From NCBI GenBank assembly GCA_017654855.1, contig CM030334.1, forward strand, positions 1,922,001 through 1,986,000: a stretch of 64,000 nt of DNA, read 5' to 3'. The notes below the pieces were generated by a model. The model was not told the origin of the DNA. It searched no databases and saw only the letters and a list, made by a program, of their open reading frames with translations. A program made the position numbers and the translations under genes. This document shows positions 47,202 through 59,594 of the stretch, one piece after another; positions within the stretch are counted from its first letter, which is position 1, and each line of letters opens with the position of its first letter. Source of the DNA: Podospora anserina. Taxonomy: Eukaryota.

Positions 47202-48508
47202 TTACCCTCTTTGGTATCTCCACCCCTCCAACCCATCCCTCCCTGTATCAACCACCCCAGCCCTCTTTGTCGGTTCAGTGTTGAAGACCTTGCCAGCTTT
47301 TGTGTCGAGGACTCGACCCATGGCAACAACAAGACAAGTCACCATCCGGTCTCCGAACCCCCCAAAGGCTGGGCAGCGGTGGGGGCGGAGGGAGTAAGGC
47401 AGGTAGGCTTCTGTTTGGAGGGGGCTGAGGTTGTCGAAGCGGGAGGGGGAGAACTCGAGGGCGGTGGGACCCCAGATGGAGGGGTGCCGGTGCATGAGTT
47501 CGAGGTCGGCTTTGATCTTGAAGGAGGAGGAGGGGGTGTGGCGGTAGATGCGTTTGTTGGAGGGGGTGAGGCGGAGGCCTTCCTGGGGTTGGGTGTTAAT
47601 GGGAATGGAGTGAGTGATGGGGAGGGGGGAACGGGAACAAGGTGGCCTATATTGCTTACTTTTGCCAGTTTGAGGGCCTCCCTCTCCTCGAGAGAATTCG
47701 TCCCGAGACACTCGGGAACAGAAGAGATCCTTGATGGAAGGGTAGGCGAAGGATAGAGGTGAAAGGCGAGGATGTAAGTGACCATGACGACGCGCCAGAG
47801 TGTTTCATATTGGGGCATGATCATACTGAGGATTTCCTCCGGGTTTAGTTGGTCGAATGGCCAGCATAAACACCGGGGGTCCCTGCGTTGTAGGGCAGTG
47901 AGGTGGTGGATGAGAAGCGATGATATCACGGGTTTCTCCGAAGACGACTTGGCTTTGAGCCATTGGTTGTTGATTTCGTCGGTGATGATGACCAGTGAGT
48001 CCCGTGGCAAACTGTCCGAAGAGATCTGAAAGTTATCGATGAGCACGACTTTGAGGCAGGTTATTCGGGTGGCTTCTGCTAGGTGAAGGGGTTGGCTTGT
48101 GTCGCGGCGGAGTTCAGCTGTGAGAGTGGAAGTGGCTTTCTCAAAGAGCTTGATCCAGTCTCGGCCTGGATGGTTGATGATACCAGAGGCCATTTTCAGG
48201 AAATTCTTGTGGGTCGAAGTTGAAGCGGTAGTTAAAGAATTGGTGATGTTGAAGGCCAGGGCAATATTCTCGTTGGCTGCTGCACGAAGGTGGAGGGTGT
48301 CTTGTGGCTTCGAAACGCCAGCGAAGGAAAAGTTGATGATTGACTTTTGGCCGTTGAGCCAGGTGTTGACGTCTTGCTTCTCAGGTCGTTGAAGCCACTG
48401 AAGCCAGGCTGGTTGTCCAAAGTCTATCTCTATGTGGAATAACCACAGAATCAACTTGTAGAGCAACACGCAAGTGATTCCCAAAATAGCCACGAAGCCG
48501 AGAAACAT
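47202..48508 (-). CDS. Divergent cytochrome P450-like protein
   Basis: N-terminal TM, YETLWRVV, intron 47583-47659, EGLR (ExxR), FSPSRF (PERF-like), PYSLRPHRCPAFGGFG heme-site variant. The start may lie further upstream. Confidence 0.75.
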
Positions 48509-49330
48509 GTACTCGCCGAGGAGGTTCAGAGGTTCACAGCATGGATTTGGTCTCGTCACCTTGGGCGGTGTGCTTGCCCAAGCATCATGGGAGGAAGATA
48601 GGTCAGACGACATCATGAGGTAGCTGCCTGGAGTCTGAGTGATGGGTTGAGTGTAGTTCTGAGACTGGACTTCGCATCGGGGATCCAGCAGTCTCTTATT
48701 TCTAAACACACCAAAGCAATACTATCAAATCTCATCTTCCCACGCCAGTCCGTCCTGGCATCCCTCATTGTTGCCACGGTCATCAGCTGATGACCATTCA
48801 TACCAGCCTCGAGGCGGAAGAGTGCAGTTGAAACTGCTACCAGCGTCGATAAATTTCATTCTTTGTTTGCCTGTCTTTGACTTTGACCAATGAGTCCAGT
48901 ATTTTCGAGCTATTTCTGTGGTGTTTGCTTTGCTGTTCTGTCTTAGCGTTGTAGGCCTCAAGTATGTGAAACCTCACGACGTAGCTCATGATGCCCAATG
49001 CAAAGATGAGAAGCGGCACGATACGAGCTTGTCAGCTGTTATCAGAAGTGACGATGCGATGCAGCTTGAGGTGCAAACAAAACTCGGGAACCGGTAGTTG
49101 AAGTGGTACACAGTCTGGAGCCGCCCCCGACTGGTGCAAGGAGCCGTTGTTGATGGCCCTTGTCCTTGGCATGTCAGGAACACCACCCCGTTGTTCTCAA
49201 AGGAAGTTGGCGGTGCTTGGAGACTGGTCCATCTGGAACCTTTGTAATCACTTTAATCACCAAAACAAATTCAGGGCTTTGTCTTGAGAGCAAAAAGAAA
49301 AAAGTTGAGTTCTATCGACAAGAAAGGACA

Positions 49331-51172
49331 TCAAGGTGCCTTCTCGACCTTGCCATTCTTCAACGCGCCCGCATACGCCACTCCACCACCCACAGTAGGG
49401 TTCCTCGCCAACTTATTCTCCCCATCCCTGATCAAGAACTTTGCAATCTTGATCTCCTCCGTACTCCTCTTCTTGAGATTTGGAATCCCAAAGAACTGCG
49501 CCTCAATAGCATCATACCCAATATCCATCTCAAAATATCCCCTATAATACAAATCCTGCCACTGCAACGTCGGGTTGTTCTTGATCAATAACTTGGAAAT
49601 CGGATCCGTGATCAACCTCGGCACAATCCCCGTCAACGGACTGGAGCTGCTCACCGCACTCCCCGCCAACTCAACCCCCACCGCCCCCGCCCCGGTGTTC
49701 TCATCATACCCCTCCTCCGCCTTCCAAACCATATCACTCACCCAAGCCGCATGGCTATCCCCGCTCAGCATGACCGTGTTGTTGATCTTGTTGTCCACCA
49801 GTGTCTTGTACACCCTGTCCCTATTCGCGATGTACCCATCCCACTGATCCAGATTAAACGGCTCATCATTAAAAACTCCAATCGTCACCCTGCTGAAGAT
49901 CACCTGGTTGCCCACCAACCTCCACCTGGCCTGTCGATCACTCGACTCCTGAAGCTTGGTGTAGAACCAAGCCTCTTGGTTGAACCCCATGATCGTCCTG
50001 TTCACCCAATCAGCCTGCTCCTCCACCTCATTCTTATTCCCCCCAATAATCCCCCCCAGCGGCCCAAGAACGGTAACGTCCCGGTTGTACTGCCTCGTGT
50101 CAAGCATGATGAGATCAAACAAGTTCCCAATGGAGAAATCCCGCCAGATGCGCAAAGAGTCATCCATAGTGACCTGCCGAAGGGGCATCCACTCAAAATA
50201 CGACCTCACAGCCGCCTGCTTCCTCAACCTGAACTCCTCCCCGTCGCTGTTCTTGGAGCCGTCCTTGTAACTGTTGTCAGCGACCTCGTGGTCATCCCAG
50301 ACAGGGATCCAAGGGAACTTTTGGTGAGACAAGGCAAGATCAGGATCGAGACGGTAGGAAGCTGTGCGCTTGCGGTAATCGTAGAGAGAGTAAGTCTCCC
50401 GGTCAGGAAGAGGTTTGCGGAGGTCGGTGAGGCCGGCTTTGTACTCGTAGATGTAATCGCCGAGGTGGAGGATGTAATCTGCGGAATCCTTGGCGTTGAC
50501 GGCGGCGTAGGCGTTGAAGTAGCCTTCGGGGTAGTTGGAGCAGGAGTAGACTGCTAGCTTGATGTTGCGGGGGACGGTTTGGTCTTTTGTGGGGATGGTC
50601 TTTGTGCGGCCGACGACGGAGGATTTGGAGGAGTCGCAGACGTTGAAGCGGTAAAAGTAGGTTGTGAAGGGTTGGAGGTTTGTTGCTTCAAACTAGGGGG
50701 GGTGGGTGTTAGCCCGGATCTTTTGGGATGATGGGCGTGGGAGGCATACCTTGACTGTCCAGTCTACTTCGCTCGAGGTGTAGGCTCTGCCGCTGTTTAC
50801 GACATTGGTCAAGGCTTCGTCTGTGCCAATGCGGTACTCGACGCAGGCGGCGCGGCTGCTGGGGGGGGCGCCCTCATCGCCATAGATGGGCACTACGCCC
50901 TCTGGGACGATATCTGAGGCGACGTTATCGGCTGTGGGGGAAAGTCTGGTCCAGAGAATAACGGAGTTGGCATATGGATCTCCTGACGCGATGCCGTGGG
51001 TGAAGTTCACTTCCGCTGCTGTGTACAAAGAGCCACTCTGGCGCTTCTGAACGTGGGCAAGAGGGACAGCGAGAGAGGCGTGGCGACGAGATGGTGAGAG
51101 GTAGGCGAGGTTGTTCTCGAAAGAAGCAGAGACAACACCCGCAAGGGAGAGGGCAGCTGTGAGGCGCAACAT
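49331..51172 (-). CDS. phoD: PhoD-family alkaline phosphatase, secreted
   Basis: Signal peptide, FTHGIASGDP, VILWTR, intron 50693-50749, HLGDYIYE, WDDHEVADN, LDTRQY, DQWDGY, SGDSH. Confidence 0.95.
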
Positions 51173-51989
51173 GGTGACTGTTGACTGGACCTCTTCGATG
51201 TTTACTTTGGCCTGAGTGTCAAAGTGAAGCCATCGTCAAAAGAAGTAGACGGAGACATCCTATTTGTACTCGCAATACCTATTTCTTCCGGTAAGTGGTT
51301 ATGAACAGCGAATGTAAGGGCCTTGGATGGTCGTGCATATAACCTCGGGATCATACATTGTCGCCCTTGGCATGCTGGGGTCAATATCTTAAGCAGCGTT
51401 GATCAATTCTTGTTCCTGACTGGTCATGTCGGCGAACCAGGCATACTCCATGAAAGGACGCCCAAAATGTGGGAATGTTGAGCCGTATTATCAGATCATG
51501 CACAAGAGTTGTGTTCCTGAGCAAGGCAGCGCACATCAGCTTTCCCTACAGGGGAATCGGACATGCAGGGCCAAGCCAATGAAGCAACCTCATGCCTGCA
51601 ACGTGCGCTGTGCCATCTGGTTCGAAGCTGTCAAAAGCCCACTGTCAAATCAGCAATCAGGTATTTGAAGGCCGATCAAGGCCGCCATCTTCGGGAAGGC
51701 TCCACTAGATGTAACACTGGGAGGCTGGTGACGTTGTAGAAAGCAGACACCCCTGCCCGCTGTAGTTGGGAAGAAGCCAATCGCTTAAAAATGTGCCGAC
51801 GGTTTCGAAGACTCCTTCCTGAAGCACATAAGTCTTGGAGTGTACCAGCGCTGGAAACGAGATTACTGTGAATGCGGCATGTGATTTTGTTGAGTCTTTG
51901 GGGACTTGAAGAAATTCCGAAGAAGCCGAAATGGAAAAAGTGTAAACTGAGAAGAAGGAAGCTCTGGGTGTGGATCAGAGCAAAATATA

Positions 51990-52087
51990 TGGGCGACCCC
52001 GGAATCGAACCGGGGTTTCTTCGGATCGTATGTGATATTCTTGCGAATAACCACAACGAAGCGTCCTGACCACTAGACTAGTCACCC
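51990..52087 (-). tRNA. tRNA-His(GTG) with intron, second copy
   Basis: Identical to 47075-47175 except for a 3-nt shorter intron. Confidence 0.93.
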
Positions 52088-52245
52088 GGTGAGGTATCAT
52101 TTGATGGAGGGAAGACACAATGTTTGACATTATATCGGAAGCTCCACCGCCTGCCCATTTTCGCACTACCATACCCTCCAGGTGTATCAGGAATTCAATG
52201 ATCAGAAATGCCCCCTGGCTACAATTTGCATTATTCAATATTAGG

Positions 52246-54034
52246 TCAACCCCTAACAAGCTTCAACTTCCTTGCCTTCTTTGGATGATACGACAACAAA
52301 AACTCTACCAGTTTCATATCCTCCCTTCCAAAATCAGGATGCACCTTCAAGTCATCCCACCTCCGGATCATGCTTGCCACGCTGTAGTAAAGTTCGCACA
52401 TGGCCAAGTTCTGACCAATGCAATTGCGCGTTCCTCGGCCAAAGGACACAAGGCACTTTTCTCTGGCGTGAACGGCGTCCACATCTGGATCGGTCCAACG
52501 TGTGGGATCGAACTTGTCTGGGTCCGGGAAGATCTCAGTGTTGTGATGCATCGACCAGGCACTCATGCTAACTACTGTGCCGGGTGGAAGTATATACCCG
52601 TCGAACGTGGCGCCCGAAGAAGGAACGACACGGGGTAGGTGGCCAGGTACACCTGGACTGAGTCTGTTCTGTGTCAGCGTGGCTTTCATCAACCGTTGTC
52701 ACGTAGATATTGTACCTACCTTAGAGTCTCCTTGATGACCCCCGTCAAATAAGGCACCTTCTCCAGTTCAACCAAACTCATATTCTGTACAATAAAAGGG
52801 TCAGGTAGAGCCGTCTTCAGCTCTTCCCTCAACTTCCTTGCAATCTCAGGCGAGTCAAGAACCTCGTACAGCGCCCTGCAAATGGTGGCGCCTGTAGTCT
52901 CGACACCCGCTCCGGTGACATTCACCGCGTCAGCAAAGACAACAGCATCTGGAAGCTTTTGACGCGACGGCAGATCCTTTGTCGTCTCAGAAAGCTCGGG
53001 ATCAATAAGCTCATGAAAGATGGTTCTCCGAGGAGGTTTGATACCAAGCGCGATATCCCTCTTGACCTCCGCGACAGATTGCTGAACAACCTGTCAAATC
53101 TGCATTAACACCCGCCATTCCCCAGAGAAGTGGCACTGGGCGACATACCTCTAGGCTGTCAAACCATTTTCCAAAATGTGGATAAAGCTTCACCATCACC
53201 CAGTCCGGAACCAGCCCAAAGACCGGTACCAGGGAGGGGAAGGTTTGGAACCAGGGGAAGAAAGTCTGAACAGCTCTAATAGCCTCCTGATATCCCTCGC
53301 CCCTTTTGTTCTGTTAGCCCAGGCTTCAGGTTCATATCCCATGGCGGACTTGCCAGTCAGCCAAATCCATATAATTCCAGGATTTCGCATAGGCATACTC
53401 GGTGATGATATCGACCGTGAGTGCCCTCGTGGCTCTGTGCACATCAAACTCGCCACCCTTCTGACTCAGAAATTGTTCGGCCATCTTAACCAACTTCTCA
53501 GTTTTGTCTCTGACAATTTCTTCCAAGCCAAGAACGGACCTTCGGGAAAAGAATGGATTCATGCCCATTCTCCTCACCCTGTGTTCCTCATTCGGGATCA
53601 TGGTCAGCATAACGGGGGTCTTAATCGGCCCCTCCATCGGTCCGTAGAACGCAGGATCTTTGTAGAAGCCTGTCCTCAGGGAGTTCGAGTATATTGTTTC
53701 ATAGTGCTCAGGTGAGGAAAGGTGAATCTCGTTGGGTGAGATACGGATAATCGGGCCTGGGTGGTTCACATTAGAGATGTCGTTACTTGGGGGATTGCCG
53801 AAAGAACCAACCATATTGAGCGTGCCATATTTCCAAGGCATGTAGTAGCTGACCTTCCAGAATACCTTGTTGGTAGAGGATGGGAAGGTAGGAGATGGCG
53901 TTGAAAAAGGGCCCAGGAATGGAGGCGAGAGGGGAAAAGTATCGTCGGTAGACTGCTATAGACAAACAGTAAATAACGCAAACTCCGACAAGCAATGGCC
54001 AAATCGATATTAGAAGCGAGAATGAGAGCGCCAT
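52246..54034 (-). CDS. Cytochrome P450 monooxygenase (trichodiene-oxygenase-like)
   Basis: GPIIRISPNEIH, AGVETT I-helix, KETLR, FDPTRW, FGRGTRNCIG heme motif. Four introns, including GC-AG intron 53303-53353. Confidence 0.93.
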
Positions 54035-55065
54035 TGTTGTTGTAGTCGTTCTGGTTATGCTTGTGAGCGTGAAAGAACGTCAAATAGGTATCAGGCGAGT
54101 AGTCCCGCATAACCTTGAGACCTGGCATGGGTGAGAAGATGAGGTTAACGACAAGTCCTCCCAATATTGAAGAAATATGTCCAGAACTATCGCTCTTAAT
54201 ACATCCAGTTTTAGACTGACTTCAACAACACAAGCGAGCACGCTGCATGAGCCACCATCTCTAATCACTAAACCCCCATGCCAATATAGGGAAGTGTGGT
54301 GCATCTTGTGAGTGTGTTGCAGGCCAATAGTTTAGGGTCTCTGTCCCCTCGGTTTGGTGAAGTAGTGAAACACTAACACATGTGTGCTTTGTGAACAGGT
54401 GCCGAGCTAATAGCCTTATGCATGCGTGATTCAGCCCGCAGCTTGCCGTTGATCAACATTCCCATCTCACAGCGATACAACGGTTGGTGTCGCCTTTTAT
54501 CGGATGTTCGGGAGTCACATCGTGGTTGTGGGGGCGGTATCTCTATCTAGAAAGGGTAAGAACTTCATGCCGAATGTCTGGACAGAGATAAGGTGAACAC
54601 ACACTTTTTGTTATGCAGCAGCACTGATGGTTGTGTAGCCGATCATTTCCCCTCGTAAACAGATGTCAAGACTTTGATAGAGAGAAAAGGGCTGCATCGT
54701 GCACTTCGAGGGTAAGCGCTATTGAGCTGCCAAGATAAAGGGTGCTTGTTGTATCATGAAATAGTAATGTGAGTCTGTCGGTCGCTCAATTCGAGGAAAG
54801 AAGAGGGCCGTCGGGGACTCAGATGATATCACCTTCATTTTGAGTTACTTGTTGCCCGGAAGTATGTTTTACGAGTTTTGGCAAGACGGCCTTGGGGTGA
54901 CGAAGTGCAACAGCGCACCTTCCTATTGCCGCCCCAGGGCGGACTTACCAGCGATGGTGTTTGATGCGATATCACGTGGATGGGGCACAGAGCCCAATGA
55001 GCAGTGCTGCCTAATCAGAAAGCGCTCGTTCCTTCTACTCATCAACATCAAATCTTTTCATCACC

Positions 55066-57248
55066 ATGGCGCAGTATTCTACTCCCAATGTTTCTATCCC
55101 GGATTTGTGCGAATACTGTTCGATGATCCCGTTTGATCTGCTACACGCAGATAGCCCCATCTCTTTTGGCAACAACTCAACTTGGGATATCGGCACTGCC
55201 TCACGAATTCGAACCAGCACATGTCCGGTCTGTCGACTGGTTAGCGAGCTTCTATATCGACACGCCAAAAGGCCAGTCTACTTCAACTTCAACCCCGACT
55301 CTACACTTCTTTCCATCAAGTGGGATTATGGTCTGGACCTTGCTTTTCCTAGTCGAAGATGTTTCTTAGTTGACAGGGCCGACTCGTCCAGGCCAGGGCA
55401 TGCTCCAATTGGGCTCTGCTTTCTTGCGGCAAACCATAGGGATCATGGTCGAAGCAATTACTTGCATTATGAGCTTTCGAAAACGGTTGACATTGAACGC
55501 ACTGCCAGGTGGATCGATGAATGCTCACGCAAACATCAATGTGTTGTCGCTCCAGCCGGGGAGTCATTTGAGCAAGCCTATCCAGGTCTTCAGTTTCTTC
55601 GCTGCATTGATGTCAAGCTCAATTGCGTGGTAGAACTGAATCACATAGTACCATATGTGGCGTTGAGCTATGTCTGGGGCTCCGTCCCCAACTTCAGGAT
55701 TACAAAGGCCAACAGGAATGAACTCAAGTACCGTGACAGTATCAACAAGGCTTGGAATCTCATCCCGGAAACAATTCGTGATGCTATAACACTTACTCGG
55801 AAGCTCGGCCTGCGTTATCTGTGGGTTGATTCTCTATGTCTAGTTCAAAACGACCCTAGCGATCTTGAGCCAGGCATCGAGCTCATGGATCAAGTGTATG
55901 AACGGGCATGGGTTACTGTCGTCGCCGCCTCGGGCTTCGACGCCAATGCTGGGCTGCCTGGCATTGAGACGGGCAGCCGAGAGGTAGGGTGCTTGGCTCA
56001 TGAAATCAAACCAGGCATCTTCCTAGGAAAGATAACAAGCATTGACCTCTCAATGCACGAGAGTCCGCACATGGCCAGAGCGTGGACATAGGTCTTTCTT
56101 CTCTAAAATACGTGAACCATACTCTGAGCTTTGCTCACGCAGTCGCCGTTTTAGGCTTCAAGAGCGCATTTTATCGCGCCGAAACTTGTACTTCTTCCGA
56201 GACCAAGTTATCTTTCGGTGTAACAGGGACGAATATCATGAAAGGCTCAATGACAACCTCGCGCGATTTCACCGGGTGGTTCCCCGAGCCATGGATCATC
56301 TAGGGGAGTCTGCCTTCACTGCTCTACGAGTGTACGGTAGTTTGATCCGCCAATACTCAGGCCGGTCTCTCGGCAAAGACGCAGATGTGCTCCGAGCCAT
56401 GGGAGGCATCATGAGGCGAGTGTCAATAAAGGTTGGATATCCCCTAGTTCAGGGCTTGCCAGTCGCGCATCTCGATATTTTTCTCCTGTTCGAGGGGAAC
56501 AATGTTACTCGACGGTCTGGGTTTCCAAGCTATTCGTGGGCTGGCTGGCGAGGGGAGGTGCGGATGATATTTTTGGAGGAGTTTGAAAGCCAGCTGATTG
56601 ACGAATGGTTGGAGAGCCACAGGACTTGGATAGTCTGGTACACCACCGATAGCAGCGGGAGAACAACGTCAGTAATCGACCAAATTAACCGAACTCACCA
56701 CCGAACATTACAAGGCACCACAGATTGGAGAGCAAGCTGGCTCTACCCTAATGAACCGCGTGTTTCATTCCAAGGGTTTCAATCTGGGTTGTCATTGGAG
56801 ACGCTGCCGAGGCCAATCCATAACCCAAAGCCGTACCCAATTTTGAGGTTCTGGACATGGGTGTTGACACTCACAATCCAAACGACAGATGTCTTTACCA
56901 GTGACGCTCGACTCCTCGGGGCTCATGGTGAAGATTGTGGATGGATGAGTCTTGATGATTTGGGGGGTTCAGAGAGTGACATCATATTTCACGACTCTGC
57001 ACCAATTGAAGTGGTTATTCTCTCTGAGGGGTGCCCACAGAAGACATTTCGGAACGATGAAAAATACGTACTTGACACTTGGACACCCACAGAGGTAGAA
57101 ATTTGTGACGGCCTCCACTATAATGTTATCCTGGTGAAATGGGATGGTGGAATTGCCGAGAGAAGAGGGTATGGCTGGATCAGAAAAAAAAGCATTGCAT
57201 CTAGGCTTTGGTCAGGGGCCTCATTGGAAAGAGATTAACCTGGGATGA
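55066..57248 (+). pseudogene. HET-domain protein gene with a non-canonical splice donor and a 3' frameshift
   Basis: YVALSYVWG, PETIRDAI, LRYLWVDSLCLVQND, MDQVYERA, RAWT|LQE, FPSYSWAGW. The intron donor at 56088 is AT, and an A8 run at 57184-57191 shifts the C-terminus. Confidence 0.8.
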
Positions 57249-57382
57249 AGGAGGTTGAATGTGGAACCTCTTATGACTCAGCATGGGTTTGCCCTGGTGG
57301 GGACATAACTCCATCCCACACAACGGGCAAGGAAAGAGAAGTTGAGACAATTTCTCGGCCATTGCAGCCACAGAACATTCCA

Positions 57383-57465
57383 GGTTCTATAGTGTAGCGG
57401 TTAGCACTTCGGATTCTGAATATCAGAGCATTCCGGCAACCCCGGTTCGAGTCCGGGTAGGACCT
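57383..57465 (+). tRNA. tRNA-Gln(CTG) with short intron
   Basis: GGTTCTA/TAGGACC acceptor stem, TCGGA-TT-CTG anticodon arm, CCCGG-TTCGAGT-CCGGG T-arm, downstream T-run. Confidence 0.92.
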
Positions 57466-57532
57466 CATATCATCCATCATTTTTTTTTGCAATTCATGAC
57501 TTTCCCCCATGTCTACAGCCTCACACAACCCT

Positions 57533-58942
57533 TCAATCCTTTCTCACAGTTGCTATCTTGTCCAAAAACTCTTTCCCATCCTCAGAATGCACCCAATCAA
57601 TCCACATAACCTCCATCAAGATATCCCTCACGTCAGTCCATCCCAGTTCACTCTTCTCACCTTTCATCACCTCCACAATCTCCCTTCCCTTCTCAACCAA
57701 TAGTCCTCCATCCTCCGCTGCCCCGTGGTTACCAAGCGCCGATATATACGCCACAAATAAAAACCACAGCCTTAGGTTACCGCTTTGTTTTTTGGTATCC
57801 AGATTCTGAAGGCAGTCTCTCGCCTGCTCCTGCAAATGAGGGAATTTGAACGGCAACCCCTTTACATGCAAAAAAGTTGTAGTGGTAAAAGCCAACATAC
57901 CCACACTCAACAGTCTTTCCTCTGCTGTCATCGACAGACCGTCTTCATGACGTAAAGCCAACAGCCTGTACTGCACCGAGATCAGCGTCTCAAGATACTC
58001 AGCCGCCCCGATCTTGCTGCCTATCTGCTTTGCGAGATTAGCCGCGCGAGAGAATTCCCGGAGGTCAAGGTAGACGTTCAACAGGCGAGGGTCAGTGACG
58101 AAGGACATGTCCCATGTTGGTGCCCCGGTTGGTTTGGATGAGGTGGGCTGTGGTTGAGAGGATAAGTAAGGTTCCCAGGAGAACCCCTCCGAGAAAAACA
58201 GCGGCTTTACACCGGTCGACAGGGCCAGGCCAAGATCGGCTCTCAGTATCTTTGACTGCAGTTGGGGGTTGTATTGAAGTGCTTGTATTCCTCCTCGGAC
58301 CTCGACGATCTTGGAAAGACCTTGGAGATGTTTCCGTGCGTTGTCGTAGTCGCCGAATAGGTCAGCCATCATGGCTAGGGTGTTCACGGTGGTGATGGTT
58401 GAATCTGAAGTTGCGAGGCAGGCGTCGAGGAGGTTCTGTCGGAGGCGGGAAATGCATGTGGTAAGGTGTTGCAGAGTAACATTGCCAAACTTTGCTGAGC
58501 GGCGCCAGTCGAAGAAGGCATTGGTTGAGAATAGGGCCGAGTGAAGGTAAGCTTGGTCATAGGTGAGGTATTCCACCCACTGACGACTGTCTGGCTGGAC
58601 GCAGGTCTCAACGGGATAGGCGGATTGTTTGATGATTGTGAAGAACTGGAACATGAGTTCCTGCATGTAGGGTGCCAGCGGGGTTATGAAGGCAATGTGG
58701 CTTAGGTCATTGCCGACTCGTGGTGGGATGGAAATCGAATTGGGAGAGTAGTCTGCGACTTGGCAGTCGTTGATCCAGGAGCGAATCAGGGGTTTGTCTT
58801 TCTGACTGGCCCGCTTTCGATTCTTGCCTCGCATGACATGGCTGCGGATCTGTTTCCTGGATGCAGGGTCGATCTTGGCTGATGAGTTGACTATGAAAAG
58901 GGGGGTGTTCGAGTTGGGTGCGTGGTTTTTCCTTGCCGGCAT
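57533..58942 (-). CDS. Fungal-specific transcription factor domain protein lacking a Zn2Cys6 cluster
   Basis: FIVNS...RKQIRSHVMRGKN N-terminal motif and HLQGLSKIVEVRGGI...KILRADL block. Confidence 0.8.
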   Translation of the reverse strand: MPARKNHAPNSNTPLFIVNSSAKIDPASRKQIRSHVMRGKNRKRASQKDKPLIRSWINDCQVADYSPNSISIPPRVGNDLSHIAFITPLAPYMQELMFQFFTIIKQSAYPVETCVQPDSRQWVEYLTYDQAYLHSALFSTNAFFDWRRSAKFGNVTLQHLTTCISRLRQNLLDACLATSDSTITTVNTLAMMADLFGDYDNARKHLQGLSKIVEVRGGIQALQYNPQLQSKILRADLGLALSTGVKPLFFSEGFSWEPYLSSQPQPTSSKPTGAPTWDMSFVTDPRLLNVYLDLREFSRAANLAKQIGSKIGAAEYLETLISVQYRLLALRHEDGLSMTAEERLLSVGMLAFTTTTFLHVKGLPFKFPHLQEQARDCLQNLDTKKQSGNLRLWFLFVAYISALGNHGAAEDGGLLVEKGREIVEVMKGEKSELGWTDVRDILMEVMWIDWVHSEDGKEFLDKIATVRKD

Positions 58943-59594
58943 GTTGTTGGATCGGTTCAGCGTCGCAGTATCTGTATCGACAAAAAAGATGTGACGGCTG
59001 TGTAAGACCGGCAAATTCTTGCCAAGTATCACTACGAGCAGATAGATCGAGGTGATGATTAAACTCGCAGGACAAGAGGAAGCAAGCTTGGGAACAGATA
59101 TGGAAAATGCAAAAGTCTTGGGAGCGGAAATAGCGGACGTCGAAAGGCATCCAACATGTCGTCGTCTGTCAGCTCGAAGGATGGACCCACACGGGATTGC
59201 TTTGCCAAGACACGATTACTCTCCCCTTCGGGAAAGGTGGATCACGGAGAGGTGGGACCGGCACGGGCCCGAACGTTCGGCGCCACGGAGCTTGATTATG
59301 CCTTCCTCAACTTTCAGCGAGCTTATTCATCAGAGCTGAAACCTCGTCGGCGAGGCTAGGTAGTCTTTACAGGCCAACAAGGCCCGCCAAGCTTCAACTA
59401 CAATCCCAATTCGGTAAACAGTCGTCTCTGGGGTCGCCGTCGTCCTTTGTGTCTTTGTTGCTTCTACAACTCAGCTCTCGTCCATCCAGACGAAAATCTC
59501 CTGTATAAATCACCCAAAGTCCCACATTCTCCATGATTGAGTAGTCAAATCAGCGTTCTATCCCAATCGATAGTTCAAACAAAGCAACACCGCC

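Noticed and set aside
49751..50557. 268 aa ORF antisense to phoD, and similar antisense ORFs on ADK1, COQ2 and others
   Set aside because: These are expected shadows of biased codon usage and show no independent motifs.
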